Shown here piece after piece: positions 8,773-18,481 of a DNA stretch of 64,000 bases (position 1 is the stretch's first letter; each line of letters starts with the position of its first letter). Position numbers and translations under genes: made by a program. Location of the stretch: assembly GCA_043803815.1 (NCBI GenBank), contig JAZDJR010000018.1:32001-96000 (forward strand). The letters run 5' to 3'. A model generated the notes under the pieces. The model did not search any database. It saw only the letters and a program-made list of their open reading frames with translations, and was not told the origin of the DNA. This DNA comes from Candidatus Micrarchaeota archaeon. GTDB taxonomy: Archaea > Iainarchaeota > Iainarchaeia > Iainarchaeales > JAGVWC01.

Positions 8773-10523
8773 TTCGAAAACCGATTATTACCGTGCTTGG
8801 TCACGTGGACCACGGAAAAACGACTTTTCTTGACCGGATACGCGGAACGTCGGTCGCTTCGCGCGAAGCAGGCGCGATTACTCAGCATATCGGCGCGACG
8901 GAAGTGCCGATTAAAGTCGTTAAAGACCTGGCGGGGTCCTTGATGCAACAATACAAGTTTGATTTGCAGATTACGGGACTGCTGTTTATCGACACGCCGG
9001 GCCACGAAGCATTTACGAATCTGCGCAAGCGCGGCGGCAGCATCGCGGACCTTGCGGTTGTAATCATCGATATTAATCAAGGGGTACAGCCGCAGACGAT
9101 TGAAGCCATCGATATTTTGCGCACGTTTAAGGTTCCGTTCATTGTCGGCTTGAACAAAATCGACAAAATGCCCGGCTGGAATCCGAGTTATGGAAGCATT
9201 ACCAACGGCTTGAAACTGCAGTCCGAATCCCTGTTGAATGCGCTGGATACCAAATTATACGGGGTTGTCGGAAAATTGTACGAAATGGGGTTTCAGGCGG
9301 AGCGATTTGACCGGGTTGCGGATTTTACCAAGCAGATTCCAATTATTCCGATTAGTTCCAAGCTGGGCGAAGGATTGCCGGAAATGCTGCTGTTTTTGGC
9401 TGGGCTTTCGCAAAAATTTTTGGAAAAAAAACTGACGATTCACGTGGAAGGTCCCGGCAAGGGAACGATTCTGGAGGTAAAAGAAGAGCGCGGCCTTGGA
9501 AAAACAATCGACGTGATTTTGTACGATGGCTCGCTTAAAGTAGGCGACGAAATCGTTTTGGGCGGAAAAAACGGCGTGATTAAAACAAAAGTCCGCGCCT
9601 TATTGGAACCCAAGCCGCTGAACGAAATGAACGATTCCAAGGAAAAATTCAACAATGTCAAGGAAGTCCATGCGGCTTCCGGAGTTAAAATCGCGGGGCC
9701 GAATCTGGACGATGCCTTGGCGGGTTCGCCGCTTTTGGTAGCCAGCGACGGAAGCGAGGAACAATGCATTTCCGACGAACTCAAAAGCCTGAAAATCGAG
9801 CAGGAAAGCGTCGGGCCAATTATCCGAACCGATGCTTTGGGAAGCCTTGAAGCCTTGGTGAAACTGGCGTCGGAAAAAGGGCTGAAGCCGCGCAATGCGG
9901 ATGTTGGGGATGTAAGCCGAAAAGACATTTTGGAAGCCGCTGCCGTCAGCCAGTCGGATCGGTTTAAAGGCGTTATTTTGGCGTTTAACGTCAAGGTTAA
10001 TTCGGACGCGGAAAAGCAGGCCCGTTTGTCCAATGTCAAAATATTTAAGGGCAACGTTATATATCGTATATTGGAAGAATTCGACCAATGGGTCAAAACC
10101 GAAAAAGACGCGGAAAAACAAGCCCGCCTGAAAAATCTGGTTTGGCCTTCCAAAATCCAATTATTGCCCAATCACGTATTTCGCAATTCCAAGCCCGCGA
10201 TTGCGGGTGTTCGGGTGCTTTGCGGCCGGCTCAAAGTCAACGCCTTGCTGATGAAGCCGAACGGAGAGCGCGTTGGAAAAGTTTTGGCGATTCAGTCCAA
10301 CAATGAAAGCGTGGAAACCGCGCAGGCCAACCAGGAAGTGGCGGTATCCATTGAAGACGCGGTGATTGGAAGAGGACTCGAGGAAAAAGACGAGCTGGTT
10401 GTTTTCCTGAGCGAAAACACGATTAAAGCGCTTGAAAAAATTCGGGACGATTTGTCCGAAGACGAAATTGAATTAATCAACGAGATGAAAAAAATAAATC
10501 TGAAGCGAGGAGATAACAAATGA
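8769..10523 (+). CDS. infB: Translation initiation factor IF-2/aIF5B
   Basis: IRKPIITVLGHVDHGKTT, EAGAITQHIGA, DTPGHEAF, NKID. Confidence 0.97.
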   Translation: MIRKPIITVLGHVDHGKTTFLDRIRGTSVASREAGAITQHIGATEVPIKVVKDLAGSLMQQYKFDLQITGLLFIDTPGHEAFTNLRKRGGSIADLAVVIIDINQGVQPQTIEAIDILRTFKVPFIVGLNKIDKMPGWNPSYGSITNGLKLQSESLLNALDTKLYGVVGKLYEMGFQAERFDRVADFTKQIPIIPISSKLGEGLPEMLLFLAGLSQKFLEKKLTIHVEGPGKGTILEVKEERGLGKTIDVILYDGSLKVGDEIVLGGKNGVIKTKVRALLEPKPLNEMNDSKEKFNNVKEVHAASGVKIAGPNLDDALAGSPLLVASDGSEEQCISDELKSLKIEQESVGPIIRTDALGSLEALVKLASEKGLKPRNADVGDVSRKDILEAAAVSQSDRFKGVILAFNVKVNSDAEKQARLSNVKIFKGNVIYRILEEFDQWVKTEKDAEKQARLKNLVWPSKIQLLPNHVFRNSKPAIAGVRVLCGRLKVNALLMKPNGERVGKVLAIQSNNESVETAQANQEVAVSIEDAVIGRGLEEKDELVVFLSENTIKALEKIRDDLSEDEIELINEMKKINLKRGDNK

Positions 10524-11011
10524 ACATTGTAATATCAGATCCCAAACTGCGCAAGGCATATTCCAAAAAAGTGGACGAAGTGCCGCCAGCGTTTTTGAAC
10601 AAAAAAATCGGTTCCACGGTTTCTTTGGATTCCGTTGGGCTGCACGGATTTGAGGCCAAAGTCACGGGCGGTTCGGACAAGGAAGGAACCCCCATGCACC
10701 CCGCGATGGAAGGAAGCGGCCGCAAAAAAATTTTATCCCATAAAGGAACCGGCTTTCGCCAGACCAATAAGGGCGAGCGCCGGCGCAAAAGCGTCCGCGG
10801 CAACACCGTGTTTAAGGACACGAGCCAGATCAACGTGGTGCTGACCAAAGGCGATTCGCAAAAGCTTTCCGAACAATTCGGCGGCCGGCCCAAAACCGAC
10901 GAAAAGAAAGTGTCGGTCAAGGAAGAAATGATTGCGCGCTCTTTAGCCGCGGTCGGAGACGATGCGGCAGCCGAAGCAGCCAAAACGATAAAGGGAAAAA
11001 CGAAGGGATAG
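10520..11011 (+). CDS. rps6e: 30S ribosomal protein S6e
   Basis: KVTGGSDKEGTPM, GERRRKSVRGN. Confidence 0.95.
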   Translation: MNIVISDPKLRKAYSKKVDEVPPAFLNKKIGSTVSLDSVGLHGFEAKVTGGSDKEGTPMHPAMEGSGRKKILSHKGTGFRQTNKGERRRKSVRGNTVFKDTSQINVVLTKGDSQKLSEQFGGRPKTDEKKVSVKEEMIARSLAAVGDDAAAEAAKTIKGKTKG

Positions 11012-11036
11012 TCCCTTTCCCTTTTTTATTTTTTTT
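11003..11036 (+). terminator. Hairpin plus T-tract terminator candidate after rps6e
   Basis: AAGGGA-TAG-TCCCTT followed by long T runs. Confidence 0.45.
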
Positions 11037-11100
11037 AAAAAAATTTTGGCGTTTAAAAAAACGCGTTTATTCCTGCGTTTTGCAAAAAATTGGTGAAATA

Positions 11101-12381
11101 GTGCCGGTTAAATCGAAAAAAGCATCTGAAAAAAAACCCGCTTTGAAAAAAAACGCGAAAGCGGCTTCCGCTTTGGCCAAAGCGATCTTAAGCAGCATCC
11201 AGCCCGTCGTTAACATCGGCATGGTCGGCCACGTCGACCACGGAAAGACGAGCCTCACGCACGGCTTGACCGGAAAATGGACGGACACGCATTCCGAAGA
11301 AATCAGGCGCGGCATTTCAATCCGCCTGGGCTACGCGGACGCGGTTATTTATGAATGCACGGCTTGCATGGGAAGCGAACGGTTTTCCACCGGCGCGACC
11401 TGCCTCAATTGCGGAAAAAAAGGAACCGAAGTCCGCCGGTTTTCGATTGTGGACGCTCCCGGCCATGAAACACTGATGACCACCATGCTTAGCGGCGCCG
11501 CGGTAATGAACGGCGCTATTTTGGTGATTGCGGCCAACGAACCCTGCCCGCAGCCTTCGACGACCGAACATATGATGGCTTTGAAAATTGCCGGAATTCA
11601 ACACATTATTGTCTGCCAAAACAAGGTGGACCTGGTGTCCAAAGAACTGGCTTTGGAAAATCACGGCCAGATTGTTTTGTTTTTAAAAGAACACGGCTAT
11701 GAAAACCTGCCCGTGATTCCGACCGCCGCGCATTTTAAAACCAATCTGGACCTGCTGATTGAAGCAATTCAAAAATATATTCCAACGCCGATTCACCATG
11801 AAAAAGACGCTTTGCGCCTTGTGGTGCTCCGCTCGTTTGACATCAATAAGCCCGGCACCTTGCCTGAAAAACTGCATGGCGGCGTGGTGGGCGGAAGCAT
11901 TGTTTCCGGAATTTTGAAAAACGGCGACGAAATCGAAATCAGCCCCGGAATTGAAAACGGCTTGATTAAAACAAAAGTAGTGGGAATTCAGACCACGTTT
12001 GGTTCCCTGGAAAAAGCGGTTCCGGGAGGTTTATTGGCGATTGAAACCACGCTCGACCCGAACCTGACGAAAAACGACCAAATGAAAGGCCAAATCGTCG
12101 CCAGTATCGGAACATTGCCCGAACCGGCCTTGAAATTAAGTTTAAAACTGTTCCCGTTCAAAAGATTGGTTACCGACGCTGTTTTTGACCTGAAACCAAG
12201 CGAAACCGTTGTTTTGACGGTTGGAACCATGACTGCCGTCGGAACCATTATCAAGATTTCAAAGGATACCGCAAGTCTGGTCCTCAAAAATCCCGTGGTG
12301 GTCGAACAGGACCAAAAAATCGTGATTTCAAAACGGCACAAAACCGGCTGGAGGCTGGCGGGCTATGGCATCCTTGCCTAA
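11101..12381 (+). CDS. eif2g: Translation initiation factor 2 subunit gamma
   Basis: QPVVNIGMVGHVDHGKTS, HSEEIRRGISIRLGY, Zn knuckle, DAPGHETLM; start codon uncertain. Confidence 0.95.
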   Translation: MPVKSKKASEKKPALKKNAKAASALAKAILSSIQPVVNIGMVGHVDHGKTSLTHGLTGKWTDTHSEEIRRGISIRLGYADAVIYECTACMGSERFSTGATCLNCGKKGTEVRRFSIVDAPGHETLMTTMLSGAAVMNGAILVIAANEPCPQPSTTEHMMALKIAGIQHIIVCQNKVDLVSKELALENHGQIVLFLKEHGYENLPVIPTAAHFKTNLDLLIEAIQKYIPTPIHHEKDALRLVVLRSFDINKPGTLPEKLHGGVVGGSIVSGILKNGDEIEISPGIENGLIKTKVVGIQTTFGSLEKAVPGGLLAIETTLDPNLTKNDQMKGQIVASIGTLPEPALKLSLKLFPFKRLVTDAVFDLKPSETVVLTVGTMTAVGTIIKISKDTASLVLKNPVVVEQDQKIVISKRHKTGWRLAGYGILA

Positions 12382-12733
12382 AATCGCGCTGGATACCAAC
12401 ATTGTATTGGAACAGCCAAGTCGATTGGAAGAACTGCGGGAAGTATTCGGGAACAAAATCGAAATTGCGATTCCAAAGCAGGTGGAAGAAGAACTCGGGG
12501 TTTTGGGAAACCGAAGCCAAAAAAACAAAAAAAAACTTGCGATTGCAAAAATGATTCTTAAAAAGGAAAACGTGGAAACAATAACGGTGAACGCCAAAAA
12601 CGCGGACGACGCATTGGTCGCCCTGTCCAAGGAAGGGTTTGCGATTCTGACCATGGATTCCAGATTAAACCAAAAAATCTTGAGGGAAAACGGCTCGCTG
12701 GTTGAAATCGAAAACAAAAAAATCAAAAAATAA
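12365..12733 (+). CDS. PIN-domain protein (Fcf1/Utp24-like)
   Basis: IALDTN, V.EEL, ADDAL, ILTMD..L; conserved position between eif2g and rpoE1. Confidence 0.8.
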   Translation: MASLPKIALDTNIVLEQPSRLEELREVFGNKIEIAIPKQVEEELGVLGNRSQKNKKKLAIAKMILKKENVETITVNAKNADDALVALSKEGFAILTMDSRLNQKILRENGSLVEIENKKIKK

Positions 12734-12880
12734 AAAGAAATCGGCTAAAACAAAAAAAAAGTTAAAAATTGAAATAAAAAAATAAAAGGAATGCAAAATA
12801 AAAAAAGCAATCGAATCAAAAAAGGAAAAAAACAAAATTGAATTAATTTTTTTAATAAATAGGAAAAAAGAGGTATCAAA

Positions 12881-13504
12881 ATGTACGCGTTGTTCAAAGT
12901 TCGGGATATGATTCGGGTTCCGCCAAAAGAATTTACCCATGATTTGAAGGCTTCGGTGCTAAAAATCGCGCAGCAGGATTATGAAGGCATTGTCGACGAC
13001 GAGCTCGGAATCGTTGTTGCCGTAACCGATGTGGACAGCGTCGGGGAGGGCAAAGTCGTTCCGGGAGACGGAGCCGCCTATTACGAAACCGTGTTCGACG
13101 CTTTGGTATTCAAGCCCGAAATTCAGGAAGTCGTGCACGGAAACGTTTCGGAAGTAACCGAATTCGGCGCGTTCGTAAAAATCGGCCCCATGGAAGGCCT
13201 TGTGCATGTCAGCCAAATCATGGACGATTACATCAATTACGACGCCAAAAGCGCTTCTTTTGTCGGACGGGAGTCCTCCAAAAAACTCATCGTCGAAGAC
13301 AACATTCTGGCGCGCATCGTGACCTGCAGCCTCAAAAACTCGGTCCAAAATTCCAAAATCGGACTGACCATGCGCCAAATCGGCCTTGGAAAAGAAGACT
13401 GGCTCAAAATCGACCAAAAAAACCGCGAAAAAAAAGAAAAAATGAAAAAAGAAATCGCCGCAAGGCCCGCGGGAAAAGCATCCGCCAAAAAACAGGAATC
13501 GTAA
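12881..13504 (+). CDS. rpoE1: RNA polymerase subunit E' (Rpo7)
   Basis: IRVPP, GKVVPGDGAAYY, FGAFV.IGPMEGLVHVSQIMDD, KIGLTMRQ.GLGK. Confidence 0.96.
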   Translation: MYALFKVRDMIRVPPKEFTHDLKASVLKIAQQDYEGIVDDELGIVVAVTDVDSVGEGKVVPGDGAAYYETVFDALVFKPEIQEVVHGNVSEVTEFGAFVKIGPMEGLVHVSQIMDDYINYDAKSASFVGRESSKKLIVEDNILARIVTCSLKNSVQNSKIGLTMRQIGLGKEDWLKIDQKNREKKEKMKKEIAARPAGKASAKKQES

Positions 13505-13516
13505 GGTGAAACAAAA

Positions 13517-13711
13517 ATGACGCAGGAAAAAGCGTGCCGCCAGTGCCGCAAAATCGTGGAAAACGAGGACAAATGCCCCATCTGCGGCTCCACCCAGTTC
13601 ACCACGTTTTGGCGCGGATTCGTCATGATTATCGACCCTGAAAAAAGCGAAATCGCAAAAAAAATGGGAATCCCCAACAACGGCAAGCACGCCCTGCGCA
13701 TGAGCCGCTGA
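13517..13711 (+). CDS. spt4: Transcription elongation factor Spt4 (RpoE'')
   Basis: KACRQC...CPICGS..FT..W.G.V.IIDPEKSEIAK. Confidence 0.95.
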   Translation: MTQEKACRQCRKIVENEDKCPICGSTQFTTFWRGFVMIIDPEKSEIAKKMGIPNNGKHALRMSR

Positions 13712-13738
13712 AAGAAACCGAAAAATTATTGGAAAGTG

Positions 13739-14131
13739 ATGAAAATGAAAATCGAAATCAAAAAAGAACATGAAAACAAAACCATCAACCGCCGCGAAAT
13801 CGAACTTTACGTTTCGGAATCCAAAACGACTCCTTCGCGCAAAGAATTGCTGGAAAAAATCGGCGACATGCTCAACCAAAAGCCGGCCAATTTGTCGATT
13901 CAAAAAATCGAACAGCAGTTCGGGACGCAGGCCAACCGCGTATGGGTACACCAGTACCCCGATGCCGCAACCAAACAGCGCTTTGAACTCGCCCCCTTAA
14001 TGGGACGCGACAGCGCGACCAAATTTACTTCCGACCTGCGCAAAAAACACAAGGCCGCACGGCAGGCCATCAAAGACGCGGGAAAACCCAAAACCGACAC
14101 GGCTGAAAAAGCCGCAGCGGAAAAAAAATAG
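13739..14131 (+). CDS. rps24e: 30S ribosomal protein S24e
   Basis: EN..INRRE, TPSRKE, I.QQFG; operon position. Confidence 0.85.
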   Translation: MKMKIEIKKEHENKTINRREIELYVSESKTTPSRKELLEKIGDMLNQKPANLSIQKIEQQFGTQANRVWVHQYPDAATKQRFELAPLMGRDSATKFTSDLRKKHKAARQAIKDAGKPKTDTAEKAAAEKK

Positions 14132-14141
14132 GCGATTAAAA

Positions 14142-14324
14142 ATGGCTGACTTGAAAAAGAAAAGCAACAAGCAAAAAAAAAGCGAATACTACGCCGTTTC
14201 CGGCGACAAGGCCGTTAGGAAAAAACTGGCCTGCCCCAAATGCGGCGCCGGAGTCTTCATGGCCGAACACAAAGACCGCCACAACTGCGGCAACTGCGGA
14301 TTCACCCAGATGAAATCCAAGTAA
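14142..14324 (+). CDS. rps27ae: 30S ribosomal protein S27ae
   Basis: CPKCGAGVFMAEHKDRHNCGNCG. Confidence 0.96.
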   Translation: MADLKKKSNKQKKSEYYAVSGDKAVRKKLACPKCGAGVFMAEHKDRHNCGNCGFTQMKSK

Positions 14325-14410
14325 AGCTTTTTTATAAAAAAAGGCCGGAAATCGATTTCTCCTTAAACCCAAAGCAACCGCTTGCGCGACGAGACGGACG
14401 GTTGCTATTT
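14322..14410. repeat. Intergenic dispersed repeat family B, copy 2, containing hairpin AGCAACCG/CGGTTGCT
   Basis: Similar to 3659-3745 (23/26-nt core); lies between convergent rps27ae and sua5. Confidence 0.65.
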
Positions 14411-15396
14411 TATTTTTTAGCCGCTTTTTGCAGCCGATTCAACAATGCGCGGCCGATTCCTTTTTCGCTTGGATAATCCACCAAAATTTTCGAAAAGCCC
14501 AGTTCGTCCGCTTTTCTAAACCAAAAAAACAGTTCCGTTGCCAGCATTTCGGGTGAGGCAAAGCGCTTCCACACCACTTTTTTCGGAATTTTAGTTCGCG
14601 GCTTTTTTTGCAGGGTTAAAACCAAGAGTTTTCCTTTTGATACCTGAACACGGTCGACCAGTTCCATCGAATGCACCAATTCGACAGTTGCTTTTGGCGC
14701 GTAGTGCCGATATTTCATTCCCGGCGCTTTGGCCACAATCTTTTTTTTATTTGAAGAAAAAACTTGGACGGTTCCGACCGCTTTTTCCAGCTGTTCCAAC
14801 GAAATTTTTCCCGGGCGCAGCAAAACGGGAATTGTTTTGGTGCAGTCGATGATGGTGGATTCAAGGCCAATCGGGGAAGGACCGGAGTCGATTACCCACT
14901 CTACACAATTCAATAAGTCGCGGTCCGCATGAAAGGCCCTTGTGGCCGATGGTTTTCCAGCGGTGTTCGCAGAAGGTGCGGCAATCGGAACCTTGGCAAG
15001 TTCGATTAGTTTTCGGGCTACGGGGTGCAAAGGAAAGCGGATTCCAACCGTGGAAAGCCCCGCGGTAACGATTCGGGGAACAATTTTTTTCTTTTTAAGG
15101 ACAATCGTTAGGGGGCCCGGCCAGAATCGTTTCATTAGAATCCTGGCTTTTTTGGGTATTTTTTTTGCGAGTTGATTGGCCTGTTTTTTGTTCGCAATGT
15201 GTACGATTAGGGGATTGTCCGCGGGCCTTTTTTTGGCCTTGAAAATTTTGCGGACCGCTTTTTCGTCGAATGCGTTTGCGCCAAGGCCGTACACGGTTTC
15301 GGTCGGAAAAACAACGAGTTTTCCTTTTCTAACGGAACGCCCGATTTCGCATAGAACCGCGAGGTTTGGTTTTTTCATCCGCACAATTTTAGTCAT
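14410..15396 (-). CDS. sua5: Threonylcarbamoyl-AMP synthase Sua5 (YrdC plus SUA5 domain)
   Basis: VVFPTETVYGLGA, K.RPADNPLIVH, FWPGPLT, APSAN, PGMKYRHYAP. Confidence 0.95.
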   Translation of the reverse strand: MTKIVRMKKPNLAVLCEIGRSVRKGKLVVFPTETVYGLGANAFDEKAVRKIFKAKKRPADNPLIVHIANKKQANQLAKKIPKKARILMKRFWPGPLTIVLKKKKIVPRIVTAGLSTVGIRFPLHPVARKLIELAKVPIAAPSANTAGKPSATRAFHADRDLLNCVEWVIDSGPSPIGLESTIIDCTKTIPVLLRPGKISLEQLEKAVGTVQVFSSNKKKIVAKAPGMKYRHYAPKATVELVHSMELVDRVQVSKGKLLVLTLQKKPRTKIPKKVVWKRFASPEMLATELFFWFRKADELGFSKILVDYPSEKGIGRALLNRLQKAAKK

Positions 15397-15449
15397 AGGA
15401 AAAAGAACCCAAAATAGTAATTTAAGCGCTTTGCTAAATACTGGAGATA

Positions 15450-16211
15450 ATGTCTACTTTGACTTTTTTGGGAACCGGCTCTTCGTACGGAGTCCCATCC
15501 CCCGGCTGCACCTGTTTTGTCTGCCGCAGGGGATTTAAGCCTTTGGCGACATGGTACCGCACGCGCTCCTCGGTTCTGGTGCAAAACAAGGGGTTCAGCA
15601 TTCTGGTGGATTGTTCCCCCGATTTTCGCGAACAGGCTTTGAGAAATAACATCCGCAAAATCGACCTTTGCTTGGTCACGCATTCCCATGCGGATGCCGT
15701 CGGCGGGATTCCCGACCTGCGAGGCTATTCATGCGAGGAAAGAAAAACCATTCCCGTTTTGGCCAATCCGAAAGCGCTGAAAAGCATCCGCAGGATGTTT
15801 TCGTACGCGTTTAATGAAAAAGTAAAAACATCCAAGCCGCAATTGGAACTTAAAAAAATGCCGAAAACGATGCGGCTGGCAGGAATGAGAATAACGCCGT
15901 TTGAAGTCATCCACCCTCCGCTTTTGACGCAGGGGTTTCGATTCAACGACCTGGCGTTCATTTCCGACATCAAACAACTCCCAAAAAAATCGGAAAAGCT
16001 TTTGGCAGGAATCAAAACTTTGATTATCATGGGGAACAGCGACAGGGAATATTACAGCCACCAGACGATTTTCGAATCCGTGAAAATGGCAAAAAGACTG
16101 AAAGCTAAAAGGGTTTTTTTCACGCACATCGGACACCGCATCGAACGCATAAAAGTAAAGCTTCCCAAGGGAATGCAACTGGCGCATGACGGATTAAAAA
16201 TAAAATTCTGA
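15450..16211 (+). CDS. MBL-fold metallo-hydrolase (PhnP-like)
   Basis: FLGTGSS.GVP..GC.C.VC, THSHADAVGG (HxHxD with the last H replaced by A), FTHIGH. Confidence 0.85.
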   Translation: MSTLTFLGTGSSYGVPSPGCTCFVCRRGFKPLATWYRTRSSVLVQNKGFSILVDCSPDFREQALRNNIRKIDLCLVTHSHADAVGGIPDLRGYSCEERKTIPVLANPKALKSIRRMFSYAFNEKVKTSKPQLELKKMPKTMRLAGMRITPFEVIHPPLLTQGFRFNDLAFISDIKQLPKKSEKLLAGIKTLIIMGNSDREYYSHQTIFESVKMAKRLKAKRVFFTHIGHRIERIKVKLPKGMQLAHDGLKIKF

Positions 16212-16241
16212 ATTAAAAAACAAAAGATTAAATTAATTTTT

Positions 16242-17252
16242 ATGAAAAAAAAACATTTAATTTGTTTAGGCTGCGAGGCGACGGCCCACACCTTTGGAAT
16301 AGGAATTGTCAATCAGGATTGTGAAATCCTGGCAAACGTTAAGGACACGTTTACTACGGAACAAGGCGGTTTGATTCCGCGCGAAGTTGCAGACCATCAC
16401 TTTCAGGTAGCTTTTGTTATCGTGCAAAAAGCCTTGGAAAAAAGCGGGGTTCAGCCAAACCAAATCGACGTTGTTTCTTTTTCTCAAGGACCGGGGCTTG
16501 GACCTTGCCTCAAAGTCGGCGCGCTTGCCGCACGCACCTTGGCGTTAACGTGGAACAAACCTTTGCTTGGCGTCAATCATCCCGTCAGCCACATCGAAAT
16601 CGGAAAAGCTTTGACCGACTGTCAAGACCCGATTGTGGTGTATGCCAGCGGCGCAAACACGCAAATCATCGGCTACCAAAACGGCCGCTACCGCGTATTC
16701 GGCGAAACGCTGGACACGGGAATCGGAAACGTATTGGATAGTTTTGGAAGAAGCATCGGAATCGGCTTTCCCGCCGGCCCGACTTTGGACCAATGGTATT
16801 TTGAAAAACACGACTATTTGGAACTGCCGTATTCGGTCAAGGGAATGGACCTCGTGTTTTCGGGCTTGCTTACGGCGGCCCAGCAAAAAGTGAAAACTTT
16901 TCCGAAAAAAGACGTTTCTTTTTCGCTTTTGCACACCGCGTTTGCGATGCTGACGGAAGTGACGGAACGGGCTTTGGCGCATACCGAAAAAAAAGAGGTT
17001 TTATTGGTGGGCGGAGTCGCGGCTTCCAAAGGGCTTCAAAAAATGATGCTGGAAATGTGCGAAAAAAGAAACGCAAAATTGTTTGTTCCACCCAGCGACG
17101 TTTGCACCGACCAAGGAGCCATGATTGCGTGGCAGGGATTAATCGAGTTTCGGTCGGGAAGAAAGCAAAAACTGGAGGATTCAAGAGTCAATCCGCTGTA
17201 CCGCGCTGATCAAGTTGAAGTGAGCTGGATAAAAAATAAAAAAACCGGCTGA
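16242..17252 (+). CDS. kae1: tRNA N6-threonylcarbamoyltransferase Kae1 (KEOPS)
   Basis: E.TAHT.G.GIV, GPGLGPCL, VNHPVSHIE, SGANTQ, GETLD, YSVKGMD. Confidence 0.96.
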   Translation: MKKKHLICLGCEATAHTFGIGIVNQDCEILANVKDTFTTEQGGLIPREVADHHFQVAFVIVQKALEKSGVQPNQIDVVSFSQGPGLGPCLKVGALAARTLALTWNKPLLGVNHPVSHIEIGKALTDCQDPIVVYASGANTQIIGYQNGRYRVFGETLDTGIGNVLDSFGRSIGIGFPAGPTLDQWYFEKHDYLELPYSVKGMDLVFSGLLTAAQQKVKTFPKKDVSFSLLHTAFAMLTEVTERALAHTEKKEVLLVGGVAASKGLQKMMLEMCEKRNAKLFVPPSDVCTDQGAMIAWQGLIEFRSGRKQKLEDSRVNPLYRADQVEVSWIKNKKTG

Positions 17253-17270
17253 ATTTATTTTATTTTAATT

Positions 17271-18380
17271 TTAAAGCAATTTCAGCGGGTCTTCGCATTT
17301 TCGCTTGAATGTTTTGGCAACGTCCCGGTTCACGAGTTTTCCGTTCAACGTGGTCAGGCCGTTTCTGAATCCTGCATCTTTTTTGAGCGCTGAAAGCCCG
17401 CTGTTCGCCAGTTTGAGCAGGTAGGGAAAGGTCGCATTTGTCAGCGCAAGCGTCGAGGTTTTGGGAAACGCGCCGGGCATGTTGGCAACGCAATAGTGCG
17501 TTATGCCGAATTTTTGAAAAACCGGGTCTTGGTGGGTGGTTGGTCGCGAGGTTTCAATGCAGCCGCCTTGGTCAATGGCTACATCCACAATCACGGAGCC
17601 GGCTTTCATTTTGGAAACAAGCCTGGCGGAAACCAGTTTCGGCGCTTTTTGGCCGAACACGTAAATCGCGCCGATCAGTAAGTCCGCGGTTGGAACAATT
17701 TTTTCGATGTTTTTCGAAGTCATTTCAAATGCTTTGGAGCCGGGAAATTGTTTTTTCAGTTCCGCGATTTTTTTGGGGTTGTGAACCAAAAAAGTCAATT
17801 GGGACTGCATTCCGTACGCGACTTGGCCAGCGGCAAAACCGACCGTTCCGGAACCCAAAATCACCACGTGGCAGGGGGCAACTCCCGAAACTTTGCTGAC
17901 TAAAATTCCTTTTCCGCCCGCGAACTTGGCAAGGTAATATGCGCCCATCAGGGGAACCATTTTTCCCGCGACTTCGCTCATCGGTTTTAACAAAGGGTGG
18001 TTTTTGGAGTCGCCGACGGTTTCATAGGCAATCGTTGCCAGACCGATTTTGAGCATTGTGTCCAATAATTTTTCGTTGGAGGCAAAATGAAAATACGTGA
18101 ACAAAATCCGGTTTTTTTGAATGAACGGCCATTCGATTGGCAGGGGTTCTTTGACTTTGACAATCAATTCGGATTGTTTCCAAACCGTTTGGGCGTTCGG
18201 CAAAACTTTGGCCCCGCTTTTTTTGTAATCCGAATCCGAAAAACCGCTTCCCATTCCCGCGTTTTTTTCAACCAGTACGGTGTGGCCTGCCAAAACGAGT
18301 TTGGAAGCGCCGCTTGGGGTAAGGCCGACGCGGTTCTCGTTGTTTTTAATTTCTTTTACGCAGCCGACAATCATACGCAT
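17271..18380 (-). CDS. ald: Alanine dehydrogenase (bacterial Ald type)
   Basis: KEIKNNENRVGLTP, VKVKEP, PMSEVAG, VDVAIDQGGCIET, HYCVANMPGA. Confidence 0.93.
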   Translation of the reverse strand: MRMIVGCVKEIKNNENRVGLTPSGASKLVLAGHTVLVEKNAGMGSGFSDSDYKKSGAKVLPNAQTVWKQSELIVKVKEPLPIEWPFIQKNRILFTYFHFASNEKLLDTMLKIGLATIAYETVGDSKNHPLLKPMSEVAGKMVPLMGAYYLAKFAGGKGILVSKVSGVAPCHVVILGSGTVGFAAGQVAYGMQSQLTFLVHNPKKIAELKKQFPGSKAFEMTSKNIEKIVPTADLLIGAIYVFGQKAPKLVSARLVSKMKAGSVIVDVAIDQGGCIETSRPTTHQDPVFQKFGITHYCVANMPGAFPKTSTLALTNATFPYLLKLANSGLSALKKDAGFRNGLTTLNGKLVNRDVAKTFKRKCEDPLKLL

Positions 18381-18481
18381 TCCTTTTCTTTGGCCGATTT
18401 GTTTTTTGTCTGCGGGAAATTAAACGCTTACAACAAAAGGAATAGTCAGGTTAAATAAAGTTTCCGATATTTCCCCGGAAA

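Noticed and set aside
12734-12880. Extremely A-rich spacer before rpoE1
   Set aside because: It is low complexity with no repeat unit or structure, and poly-A/T tracts are common throughout the window.
12959-13951. Long antisense ORFs (this 330-aa one, and 277-888, 9440-10171, 39919-40683, 62002-62664)
   Set aside because: They are shadows of well-supported genes on the opposite strand, with Phe/Ser-rich composition produced by A-rich sense codons.
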